A stretch of 45,284 nucleotides of DNA from NCBI GenBank assembly GCA_003557065.1, contig PWPS01000001.1, positions 1-45,284 on the forward strand. Direction: 5' to 3'. This document shows, one piece after another, positions 1 through 8,268 of the stretch. The notes under the pieces are model-generated. The model made no database searches, had not been told where the DNA came from, and saw only the letters and a list, made by a program, of their open reading frames with translations. Origin of the DNA: Candidatus Nealsonbacteria bacterium. Lineage in GTDB: Bacteria > Patescibacteriota > Minisyncoccia > Minisyncoccales > PWPS01. The position numbers and the translations under genes are program-made. Numbering within the stretch: position 1 is the stretch's first letter; each line of letters begins with the position of its first letter.

Positions 1-707
1 GGAATCATATCTTTTCTTCCTTTCTTTTTTAAGGCGATAAGAATTAACCCTATTACGGCACCCAAAATAAATGAAAAAAATAAACCGACCAGAATATCGG
101 GAAATCCCAGAAAAAATCCCATAAAGGCAGCGTACCTAACATCCCCAAAACCGATTCCCTTTCCCTTACTGAAGAAGAAGACGGAGAAAAAGAAAAGAAA
201 AGTGAAAAGCCCGGACAATAGGTCGTATGTGAAGACCATAAAGCTTCTATTTACAAAAAAGCTCAAAGTTATAATAAGTAAAGAGGCGAATATGGCCGGA
301 TATATTACCTTGTTCGGTATTATGTAATGCTTCAGATCATAAACGAAAACAACGACAAGGCAAGAGAAAATAAAAAGATTCAGAATGAATATCGTTATGG
401 ACAACAAGCTTTGAGTCGGATTTAAAAAAAGATAGACCAAAACAAAAATAATCCCGGTAAAAAGTTCCACAACGGGATATTGCATTGAGATTTTCTCATT
501 GCAATACCGACACTTGCCACGCAAAAAAAGAAAGGAAATAACCGGAATCAAATCAAGTGAATTGAGTTTATGTTTACATTTCGGACAAAAGGAGTTTCCC
601 TTAACCGTTTTATCGGTCTCCATTCTATACATCAGGCAATTCAAAAAAGATCCGACGGCCAATCCGAAAAGAAAAATAAAGGTAAGCAGTATTTCCTGGG
701 GAATCAT
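1..707 (-). CDS. pilD: Prepilin peptidase/N-methyltransferase (peptidase A24, PilD-like); 3' end runs off the window
   Basis: Absent from the ORF track because no stop lies inside the window. The reverse-strand ATG at 705-707 opens MIPQEILLTFIFLFGLAVGSFLNCLMYRMETDKTVKGNSFCPKCKHKL..GKCRYCNEKISMQ..VYDLKHYIIPN..GIGFGDVRYAAFMG (hand translation, frame checked). It has a CxxC..CxxC motif, two Asp-containing motifs and many hydrophobic helices, as in A24 prepilin peptidases. It lies just downstream of the pilin gene. Confidence 0.8.
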   Translation of the reverse strand, partial: MIPQEILLTFIFLFGLAVGSFLNCLMYRMETDKTVKGNSFCPKCKHKLNSLDLIPVISFLFLRGKCRYCNEKISMQYPVVELFTGIIFVLVYLFLNPTQSLLSITIFILNLFIFSCLVVVFVYDLKHYIIPNKVIYPAIFASLLIITLSFFVNRSFMVFTYDLLSGLFTFLFFFSVFFFSKGKGIGFGDVRYAAFMGFFLGFPDILVGLFFSFILGAVIGLILIALKKKGRKDMI

Positions 708-750
708 ATCTTTAATTGAATATTATCAAAAAAAATGCTCCTATTCAATA

Positions 751-775
751 AAAAAACCATCCGCAAAGATGGTTT
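751..775 (-). terminator. Intrinsic terminator between pilin gene and pilD
   Basis: Minus-strand hairpin CCATC-tttgcg-GATGG, extended by A:T pairs and followed by a T-run (plus strand aaaaaaccatccgcaaagatggttt). It lies about 50 nt after the pilin stop. Confidence 0.45.
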
Positions 776-824
776 CTTTATTACTCTCTAAATTTTTATT
801 AAAACTACTACAACTTTTTAGACC

Positions 825-1307
825 CTAAGTGGTGTCCATGACGTCATCACAATTTGATGCAGTCGAGTCCGGGTCAGTATCTCCCATTTCATGCTCACCC
901 GCGTTACCATCACTGTCGATACAGTAATAAACTACATTATCATCTTCGGAAGGAGCACAAAGAGGTGCCCAAGCCGCATACCTTTGAAAATTGTCGGATA
1001 TGCTTATCTGATACTCCGAATCAACTGCATCCGGAAGATAAGCTACACTACAGGGTGGAATTTGATCCTTGATATTTTCCCATCCGGACGAAGTATCGTA
1101 ATTCTCATAACTACCTCTTCCTCCCAGAGGATCATAGTAATATTGCTCGGCATTACTTCTGATCTGTGACAACTCGGATCTTATCTGTGTATCATAAGCA
1201 CCTTCTCTAGCTCCACTAATCGATACAAAGGCGATACCGGACAAAATTCCGATTATGGCAATAACCACAAGCAGCTCGATCAACGTAAAACCTTTTTGAT
1301 TTTTCAT
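825..1307 (-). CDS. Type IV pilin / pseudopilin with class III signal peptide
   Basis: N-terminus MKNQKG|FTLIELLVVIAIIGILSGIA: short basic leader, Gly-1/Phe+1/Glu+5 cleavage-methylation motif and hydrophobic alpha1 helix. Four Cys in the C-terminal globular part. TAG stop. Confidence 0.92.
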   Translation of the reverse strand: MKNQKGFTLIELLVVIAIIGILSGIAFVSISGAREGAYDTQIRSELSQIRSNAEQYYYDPLGGRGSYENYDTSSGWENIKDQIPPCSVAYLPDAVDSEYQISISDNFQRYAAWAPLCAPSEDDNVVYYCIDSDGNAGEHEMGDTDPDSTASNCDDVMDTT

Positions 1308-1354
1308 AGTGATCTTTTTGTTAATAATTTGACCTTTATTTTATTCTCACTGGA

Positions 1355-1383
1355 AGTATAGTCAAAAAATAAACTTACGTCAA
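1355..1383 (-). promoter_or_regulatory. Candidate sigma70-type promoter for the pilin gene
   Basis: Minus strand reads TTGACG (1383-1378), a 17-nt spacer, then TATACT (1360-1355). It lies about 45 nt upstream of the pilin ATG, in the pilC-pilin gap. Confidence 0.4.
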
Positions 1384-1397
1384 TAAAATTTTATGCC

Positions 1398-2615
1398 TCA
1401 CATTCCCATACCGACGTTATATATCGGCAAAAGAACCGCAACAACCAAACCTCCAACAACCGCACCCAATAGAATTATCAGGGCCGGTTCCGCAATTTTA
1501 ACATAACTATCCATACTTCTTTCAACTTCGTCCCTGTAAAAACGAACTACACTTTTAAGAATCTTTTCCATTTCACCGGTTTTTTCTCCGACAATTATCA
1601 TCTGAGTCACTAGACTGGGGAAAAATTTGGGATGTTTTTTAAGGGATGTGCTTATATCCCTACCTTCCTTAACGTCTTTTCTTGTCTCCGCTACTATATT
1701 TTTATAAACATAATTTCCAACTATCCCTTCGGTTACCTCCAAAGATTTCACCATATCCAAACCACTGGATATAAGTGTCGCCATGCTTTCCGCAAAATAA
1801 GTCAGATAAACCTTCCTTGAAAACGCTCCTATTACGGGAACCTTCAATAAAGTACTGTCAAAAATCTCTTTTCCCTTTTCAGTCTTTATCGCCTTAAAGA
1901 AAGCGAATGAACCGGCAACGAGTAAAATTAAAACCAGAAGACCCCAGTCGATAACGAAATCAGAAGTTGTAATCACTATTTGAGTTATCATAGGCATTTC
2001 GGCATCAAGTTCTTCTATCATCTCAACCAAATCGGGGATAACGAAAAAGAGCAAAAAAGCTACAACGAAACTAAAAACAAAAACAATAAAAAGAGGATAG
2101 ACCATCGCTCCGATCAATTTCTTTTTAAACTTACTACTTCTTTCAATATGGTCTTCCAAATATTGAAGTGATTGTGGAAGATTACCGGATGCTTCACCAG
2201 ATTCTATCGCTCCGATATAAAACGGAGAGAATATGTCGGGGTATCTCTCCAAAGCCTTGGAGAACGGTTCCCCTCCCTCAACTTTTTCGGCAACATCTTC
2301 AACGGTTTTTTTGAGCTTATTGCTTTCTATTTGGTGAGCTAAAATTCTCAAAGACTCGATAATCCCTATTTGAGACTCAAGCATGATTCCCAATTGCCTG
2401 GAAAACATTATAAGATCCGTGTCCGAAACATTGTCAAAAAGAGCTATGTTAAGATCGAATTCTTTCTTGTAGAAAGGAACCTTAATTTTTTTAACTTCGA
2501 ACACATAAAGATCCCTTTGCTGTAATTTAAGTAAGGCCTCCCCTTTCGAGTCCGCTTCTATCGTCCCATTGACTTCTTCCCCTTCTTCATTTTTAGCTCT
2601 ATATTCGAAATCCAT
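1398..2615 (-). CDS. pilC: Type IV pilus platform protein PilC (GspF family)
   Basis: 405 aa with two repeated cytoplasmic GspF-type domains (..SRQLGIMLESQIGIIESL.. and ..YFAESMATLISSGLDMVKSL..), each followed by TM helices. TGA stop. Confidence 0.92.
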   Translation of the reverse strand: MDFEYRAKNEEGEEVNGTIEADSKGEALLKLQQRDLYVFEVKKIKVPFYKKEFDLNIALFDNVSDTDLIMFSRQLGIMLESQIGIIESLRILAHQIESNKLKKTVEDVAEKVEGGEPFSKALERYPDIFSPFYIGAIESGEASGNLPQSLQYLEDHIERSSKFKKKLIGAMVYPLFIVFVFSFVVAFLLFFVIPDLVEMIEELDAEMPMITQIVITTSDFVIDWGLLVLILLVAGSFAFFKAIKTEKGKEIFDSTLLKVPVIGAFSRKVYLTYFAESMATLISSGLDMVKSLEVTEGIVGNYVYKNIVAETRKDVKEGRDISTSLKKHPKFFPSLVTQMIIVGEKTGEMEKILKSVVRFYRDEVERSMDSYVKIAEPALIILLGAVVGGLVVAVLLPIYNVGMGM

Positions 2616-2616
2616 T

Positions 2617-3684
2617 CTATTCGATTAACTTTTTAAGACTTTTGGGATTCCTTGAATAGGTAATCGCATCTTCTATTGTTATCTCATTATTTTTAATCAG
2701 GTCACTTAAATACTTATTAAGGCTGATCATCCCGTCGTTGGAAGAAGTTTCCACTATGATATCAAGTTCATGGATTTTATTTTCTCTTATCAAATTTGAG
2801 ACTGCAGAATTTCTCCTCATTATCTCACAAGCTGGAATCAGTCCTCCCGATTTTCTGGGTATCAATCTTTGAGAGACTATTCCCAAAAGCGATGCCGATA
2901 ACTGAGCTCTGATTTGATCCTGTTGATCGGATGGAAAGGAATCAACTATTCTGTGAACCGTCTGACTGGCAGAATTGGTGTGCAGTGTGGAAAAAACCAA
3001 ATGTCCGGTTTCAGCAGCGGTTATGGTAGTCTCTATAGTCTCGGGGTCTCTCATTTCACCGACCATTATGATGTCCGGATCCTGTCTGAAAACCGACTTC
3101 AAAGCTCTGGCGAAAGAGGGGGTATCCTGTCCGACTTCCCTTTGATCGATCAAAGCCTTGTCGTCTTTAAAGATATATTCTATAGGATCTTCTATCGTTA
3201 TGATGTGCTCAAATCTGGTTTTGTCTATCTTATCTATTAAAGCAGCTAAAGTTGTTGACTTACCATGCGAAGCGGGTCCGGTTATTAAAACCAGTCCCTG
3301 GTTGGCTTTTGAAAAATCATAGAGGCTTGAAGGAAGATGTAGTTCTTCCAGGTTTTTAATCCTTGCCGGTATCCTTCTCAGTGCGCAAGAAATATCTCCT
3401 TTTTGATTGAATATATTCACCCTGAATCTTGTTCCGTCATCAGATTGATAAGAAAAATCAACCTCTTTTTCCTTCAAGAAGCGTTCTCTTTGCTCTTCCG
3501 TAGCCAATTCAAAAGCCATCAATTTGGCCTCTTCACTTTTTACGGGATCCTCCTCCCTTATCTTTTGTAGATTCCCATTTATTCTTATTATCGGGTGTCT
3601 TCCGACGGATATATGTAAGTCGGATGCTTCTTTTTGAACCGCTTGATTCAATAATCTTTTTAATTTTTCTTTAATTTCATTCAT
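2617..3684 (-). CDS. pilT: Twitching-motility/retraction ATPase PilT
   Basis: Walker A GPASHGKST, Walker B IIMVGEMRD and a short PilT-size protein without a T2SSE_N domain. I place the start at MNEIKEK (ATG at 3684), which overlaps the pilB stop by 8 nt. The track start at 3732 adds a K-rich tail that lies inside pilB. Confidence 0.9.
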   Translation of the reverse strand: MNEIKEKLKRLLNQAVQKEASDLHISVGRHPIIRINGNLQKIREEDPVKSEEAKLMAFELATEEQRERFLKEKEVDFSYQSDDGTRFRVNIFNQKGDISCALRRIPARIKNLEELHLPSSLYDFSKANQGLVLITGPASHGKSTTLAALIDKIDKTRFEHIITIEDPIEYIFKDDKALIDQREVGQDTPSFARALKSVFRQDPDIIMVGEMRDPETIETTITAAETGHLVFSTLHTNSASQTVHRIVDSFPSDQQDQIRAQLSASLLGIVSQRLIPRKSGGLIPACEIMRRNSAVSNLIRENKIHELDIIVETSSNDGMISLNKYLSDLIKNNEITIEDAITYSRNPKSLKKLIE

Positions 3685-5437
3685 TTTCCTCTTCTTTTTT
3701 TGTTTCTTTTGTAGCTTTAAGAACAACCTCAACCGAGGTATGTCCCTCCAGGGCTTTCATAATGCCGTCTTGTCGCATCGTTATCATCCCCTGTTTATAT
3801 GCTTGCTTTTTTAATGGTTGCTCTCCTTTGTCTTCCAAGACTAAATTAGCCATCTCATCGGTCATCTCCAAGGCTTCATAAATTCCGATTCTTCCCTTAA
3901 ATCCGGTGGATCCGCACTTCTCGCAGCCGACCGGTTTAAAAATTTTAATGTCCGAAAGATTAAGACTTTCTCTGGTTCTCGGAGGGAGTTGCTCTATCTC
4001 ACTCAATATTATTTTTTTTATTCTTTCCTCGGGAACAACTTCTTTCTTACAACCGTCACAAAGTCTCCTGACCAATCTTTGAGCAATAGCCGTATTGAGC
4101 GAAGGGGGAACGAGATAAGGCTTTATCCCCATATCGGTCAATCTGGGAATAACTCCGACCGCATCATTGGTATGCAGTGTGGAAAGAACTATATGACCGG
4201 TAAGAGCAGCGTGAACCGCTAATTCCGCCGTTTCCTGATCACGAATCTCACCGACCATTATGATGTCCGGATCCTGTCTGAGAATTTGTCTTAATCCACT
4301 GGCAAAATCATATCCTATATCATGCTCTATCTGCGACTGATTTACCCCATCGATAAAATACTCCACCGGATCTTCCAATGTCACTATATTAACTTCTTCC
4401 GTATTCAATCTTCTCAGCAAAGAATAAAGTGTCGTCGTCTTACCCGATCCGGTAGGTCCGGTAGCAAGAATCATTCCGGTCGGCCTGTTTACTCCTCTGT
4501 TCACTATGGTCTCGGTCGAGTCTCTCATTCCCAGCTCTTCCAACTCCATCATTCCCTGTTCGGGATCAAGAACTCTTAAAACGACTTTTTCCCCCATGGT
4601 TGTCGGCATGGTGGCAACACGAAAATCAATATCCTTTCCGGCGATTTTTGAAAAGAATCTTCCGTCTTGCGGGAGTCTTCTTTCTTCTATCTTCAAGTTG
4701 GATAAAATTTTAATCCTGGCAACTACGGCCGGGTGTATTTTTAAAGGAAGCACCAATGAGGACCTTAACGCTCCGTCTATCCTGTATCTAACCTCCAACT
4801 TTTCTCTACCGGGCTCCACGTGTATATCCGAAGCTCCTCCCTCTATAGCCTCTTTTAGAATGACCGAAACAACCCTTACGATAGGTGCCTCTTCCGCCAT
4901 TTTCTGAACATTCTCCGTATCTTCTTCATTTATCCTTTTTGCCAACTCCTCTTCTTCTTCCGCCATGGCCCCCAGTGCCGCTCCCGCACCTTTTCTCAAC
5001 TCTCCATACTGACTTAGTATCTCTTCAAAGGTGCTTAGGTTTATTAGAAATATTTTGTAGGAAAACCCACCCCTACGAGAAAGAAATCTGAGCACCTCCT
5101 GAGCTTTCAAATCCTTGGGATAAACCATTCCTATTTCAATCGCATTTTCAGTCTTGTTTAAGGGAACCATTTTGTAATGCTTGGCCGAGTCTTCAGGAAT
5201 AAGGTTCGCTATGTCGGGCAAAACACTACCCAAACGATCAAGATTAACCTCGGGCTTGTAGGTAATATCCAAAATCTCACTTTTTATCCTGAAAAGCTGA
5301 TCTTCCGTAATCGGAATCGATGTATCTTCCATTATAACCTCTTCTTCTTTTCGTTCTCTGCTCTTTTCTTGCAACTCTTCAGCCTTTTCTTCACTTATCA
5401 ATTCCCTTTTTTTGATCTCGTCTATTAAGCTTTGCAT
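3677..5437 (-). CDS. pilB: Type IV pilus assembly ATPase PilB (GspE family)
   Basis: 586 aa. N-terminal T2SSE_N-like region, Walker A GPTGSGKTTT, IIMVGEIRD, and a tetracysteine CDGC..CEKC cluster. Confidence 0.93.
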   Translation of the reverse strand: MQSLIDEIKKRELISEEKAEELQEKSRERKEEEVIMEDTSIPITEDQLFRIKSEILDITYKPEVNLDRLGSVLPDIANLIPEDSAKHYKMVPLNKTENAIEIGMVYPKDLKAQEVLRFLSRRGGFSYKIFLINLSTFEEILSQYGELRKGAGAALGAMAEEEEELAKRINEEDTENVQKMAEEAPIVRVVSVILKEAIEGGASDIHVEPGREKLEVRYRIDGALRSSLVLPLKIHPAVVARIKILSNLKIEERRLPQDGRFFSKIAGKDIDFRVATMPTTMGEKVVLRVLDPEQGMMELEELGMRDSTETIVNRGVNRPTGMILATGPTGSGKTTTLYSLLRRLNTEEVNIVTLEDPVEYFIDGVNQSQIEHDIGYDFASGLRQILRQDPDIIMVGEIRDQETAELAVHAALTGHIVLSTLHTNDAVGVIPRLTDMGIKPYLVPPSLNTAIAQRLVRRLCDGCKKEVVPEERIKKIILSEIEQLPPRTRESLNLSDIKIFKPVGCEKCGSTGFKGRIGIYEALEMTDEMANLVLEDKGEQPLKKQAYKQGMITMRQDGIMKALEGHTSVEVVLKATKETKKEEENE

Positions 5438-5441
5438 TTTT

Positions 5442-6635
5442 TTAATTAATGAGACCTAATTCTTCTATTTTTTCTTCAGCACGCAAATAGAACTCGTTGA
5501 TTTCCCTCCTCAGCTCATTCGGAGTAAATTCTACTTCTTCGTATCTGTTTTTAATTTCTTCCACTTCCTCTCTAAGTAAAGCGTACTCATTTTCCGCTCT
5601 CATTATTATTTCCGGATCATCCAAATCCTCTATCATTTGAAGGAAAGAAGCAAAAGCATTTTCAACCTCTTGGAAAATTTCTTCCGCTTCGTCGAATTCG
5701 GTAAAGTCATCAACTAATTCTTCCAATTTTTTTATTTTTTCTTCTATGTCCGATTCATATTGCCCGATTGATTGCCTTAAAGAAGATACTGTCAGCTCTC
5801 CTCTTGAATATCTTTCTTCGATATCTCTGAACCTTTCTTCGAATTCGGAATAGTTTTCTTCCATTTCACTTCTAATATCTTCCTCTAAAAACTCTTTGAC
5901 TCTCTCCAGGGCTCTATGAAATTCGGTTAATTTTTCCCCGGCTCTCATTAGAAGATTTTCCGCCTCCCTCTCTCCCTCCGTTTGATAATCCTCCAACGTC
6001 GTATCATAATCATCTTTTCCTATTATCACTATATCTCCACGCATCCCTCCCCCGAAAGACGAAAAATAAGAGACCATTCCATCTTCTGCCTTAAATTCGA
6101 ATTTTTCTTCCCTTTTATCCGCTATTTCCCCCGAATCAAACACAATATCTCCAGCACTGTCTTCTATTTTAAAATCATGCTCTTCTCCACTAAAGTTTTC
6201 AATGGTAATCTCATACCATCTCCCTTCAAAAAGAAAAACTTCCGGATTCCTTTCTCCGGCTATTCTGTCAGGAAAAATTCCCGTCCAGCCGTCATCATCA
6301 ACCTTAAAGACAAGGTTAAAATTCTCCCACCACTCTCTCAGACGACTATCCGTCGGTATTCTGGGTGCATGAAAAGGGTTTTCAACCAAAACCTTATCCC
6401 AAAGAAGAAAAGGGGAATCTCCTCTATGGAAAGTATTTAAATTTTGAAAAAAATAACTGTCCAAAAAGACCAGATCTATATTAGGAAATCTCTGCAGGCT
6501 ATGGTCAATCATAATCTCATCATGTTCATAATCGGAAATAAAAACCTCCCAAACCACAAACCCAATTATCGCAACCGTAATCAAAACTACGGTATAGAAA
6601 TATTTTGGATCACTGTTTTTTTTATCCTTGCTCAT
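5442..6635 (-). CDS. Hypothetical membrane-anchored protein in the pilus operon (cupredoxin-like middle, acidic coiled-coil C-terminus)
   Basis: 397 aa, 2 nt after the pilO-like stop and 4 nt before the pilB start. One N-terminal TM helix (YFYTVVLITVAIIGFVVWEVF). A beta-rich middle ends ..WYEITIENFSGEEHDFKIED..VSYFSSFGGGMRGDIVIIG. The C-terminal half is rich in Glu/Asp/Arg heptad-like sequence. I recognise no named family. Confidence 0.7.
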   Translation of the reverse strand: MSKDKKNSDPKYFYTVVLITVAIIGFVVWEVFISDYEHDEIMIDHSLQRFPNIDLVFLDSYFFQNLNTFHRGDSPFLLWDKVLVENPFHAPRIPTDSRLREWWENFNLVFKVDDDGWTGIFPDRIAGERNPEVFLFEGRWYEITIENFSGEEHDFKIEDSAGDIVFDSGEIADKREEKFEFKAEDGMVSYFSSFGGGMRGDIVIIGKDDYDTTLEDYQTEGEREAENLLMRAGEKLTEFHRALERVKEFLEEDIRSEMEENYSEFEERFRDIEERYSRGELTVSSLRQSIGQYESDIEEKIKKLEELVDDFTEFDEAEEIFQEVENAFASFLQMIEDLDDPEIIMRAENEYALLREEVEEIKNRYEEVEFTPNELRREINEFYLRAEEKIEELGLIN

Positions 6636-6637
6636 AT

Positions 6638-7162
6638 TTAATAAGAATAAACTCTAACGGTTACTCTGTAATCCAACGGCTCCCCCCTTTCCCCGGAGCC
6701 TCTCCCCATCGTTATCTCTCTTACGTTCATTATTCTTGCCGAGCTTTTCAGTTCTCTTATGAAATTTTTAAAATTGGAATAAGCCCCTTCGATACTGAAA
6801 TTTATTTCCGTCATTTTAATTTCTACTCTATCGGGATGTGCTCTGGTAGAAAAGTCTCCTATACCACTAACTCTGACACCCGTCCGATAAGAAGCTCTTC
6901 TTATCTCGGCAAAGAGAGATGGAACGTAATGATCGTTCGGAATACCATCTTCGAACTTTCTAACTTCTCCCCGATAATCAATCTTCAAAGCTCCAGCCAT
7001 CGCTTCCATGGTTTGGTTGTAATTTATCATATTCTGCAAGTCAATTTCCTTTATTTCAGCCTTCACCATGGCCTCTCTTAAATCTTGGTATTCGGGCCAT
7101 ATGACCAAACCCATCAAAAGAAAGGATCCGATAAGACAAATTGTAGCTATAATCGGGCGCAT
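6638..7162 (-). CDS. pilO: PilO-like pilus alignment protein
   Basis: 174 aa. N-terminal TM helix, a coiled-coil segment (EYQDLREAMVKAEIKEIDLQN) and a C-terminal alpha/beta domain. Its size, layout and position after the pilN-like gene fit PilO. Confidence 0.65.
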   Translation of the reverse strand: MRPIIATICLIGSFLLMGLVIWPEYQDLREAMVKAEIKEIDLQNMINYNQTMEAMAGALKIDYRGEVRKFEDGIPNDHYVPSLFAEIRRASYRTGVRVSGIGDFSTRAHPDRVEIKMTEINFSIEGAYSNFKNFIRELKSSARIMNVREITMGRGSGERGEPLDYRVTVRVYSY

Positions 7163-7163
7163 T

Positions 7164-8267
7164 TTATTTGAATATCAATGGATCAAAAGTAATATTGAAT
7201 TGAAAACTCACACCTAGGTCTTCTCCTTCTATTTCTCTTATTCCGGATAATACAACCTCTTCAATTGGGTGAATTTTTTCTTTTCCTGCCACCTCGAACC
7301 AATCTTGGTCCAAAAGCTGATGTCCTCTCATTCCTTTCTGAAAAACATAATCCTCTTTTCTTGCGTGACTGAGCAGGGGTAGAGCTTTTTCCCCCTCAAA
7401 GTCTATTCTTTTAGGATCTTCTCCGGAAATGGGACTTTTTCGTAAATTGATTGCATTCTTTACGATAACACTGTTATCCGGATAAATCTCTCTGAGTAGG
7501 GTAAGTTCATTTCCTTCATCGGGTATTCCAAAAATAAACTCTTTCGATCTTGATTCTTCATCATTGTTACTGGTTACTCTGATACCGACCACCTCGCCTC
7601 TGTAATCCTCGGAAAAGCTGATTTTAAAATTTTCATTTTCACCGTCTTCTCCTCCCAAGCTCCTTTTCAAAAGTCTACCACTCATATCAAAAGCAACCCA
7701 ATCAAAATGATCGTATTCCCGTGGATAAGCAACTTCAAATCGATATTCCAACCCTCCTTCATTGTTCCAATTGATTCTTTTTTCTATTATCTGACTTTTG
7801 TCTATCCAACCAAAAATTTCCCTTTCCATGGAAAAATTTTTGAGGATTGAATGTTGTTGCTCCAACGTTCTGAAATTAAGAGTTTCCCCCACCATCGTTA
7901 TCGATCCGGTAGTCAAATTGATGCCCGTAGATTCCAGTCTGGACATCGGATGTGTTGCATTTTCCAAAAAAAGGAAAAAATCATCAACTTTAGCTCTGTT
8001 CCATACCAGATAAGTATAATCCGATATCTTGGCCATATACTCATAAACCAAATCTTGGTTTTTGTTGAAATCCGCCTCTCTCCCCAATCTATCCAATAAT
8101 TCCCTCCTGTTTTCAATCTGAGACTGCAGCTCAATATTCCACTGAGAGATTAATAAATACCCACTAAGACAAAAAAGCAAAAGAATTATCGAGTAATAAA
8201 AAAGAACATCAAAAGAACCGGGAAGGTTAAATGTTTTTTCTTTTTCCGGTTTTATATTTATCGCCAT
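7164..8267 (-). CDS. pilN: PilN-like bitopic protein with a long C-terminal extension
   Basis: 367 aa. Short cytoplasmic N-terminus, TM helix (VLFYYSIILLLFCLSGYLLISQW), then a coiled coil, lying immediately after pilM. About 190 extra residues follow the usual PilN length. Assigned from position and architecture only. Confidence 0.55.
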   Translation of the reverse strand: MAINIKPEKEKTFNLPGSFDVLFYYSIILLLFCLSGYLLISQWNIELQSQIENRRELLDRLGREADFNKNQDLVYEYMAKISDYTYLVWNRAKVDDFFLFLENATHPMSRLESTGINLTTGSITMVGETLNFRTLEQQHSILKNFSMEREIFGWIDKSQIIEKRINWNNEGGLEYRFEVAYPREYDHFDWVAFDMSGRLLKRSLGGEDGENENFKISFSEDYRGEVVGIRVTSNNDEESRSKEFIFGIPDEGNELTLLREIYPDNSVIVKNAINLRKSPISGEDPKRIDFEGEKALPLLSHARKEDYVFQKGMRGHQLLDQDWFEVAGKEKIHPIEEVVLSGIREIEGEDLGVSFQFNITFDPLIFK

Positions 8268-8268
8268 G

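Noticed and set aside
499-828. 109-aa plus-strand ORF at the left end.
   Set aside because: It is antisense to the much better supported pilD reading frame (1-707, minus strand) and to the pilin terminator region. The sequence is low-complexity and K-rich, with no recognisable features.
3685-3732. Longer PilT start (MRLFLKLQKKQKKKRK...) given by the ORF track.
   Set aside because: Those 16 codons lie wholly inside the 3' end of pilB and encode only a K-rich string. The ATG at 3684 (MNEIKEKLKRLL..) gives a PilT of normal length with a typical 8-nt overlap.
5442-6050. The highly acidic 3' half of the unknown pilus-operon gene as a possible tandem DNA repeat or low-complexity artefact.
   Set aside because: Reading the DNA, I found no periodic nucleotide repeat. 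The Glu/Asp/Arg richness comes from varied codons, and the reading frame is continuous with the N-terminal part. It is treated as genuine coding sequence.
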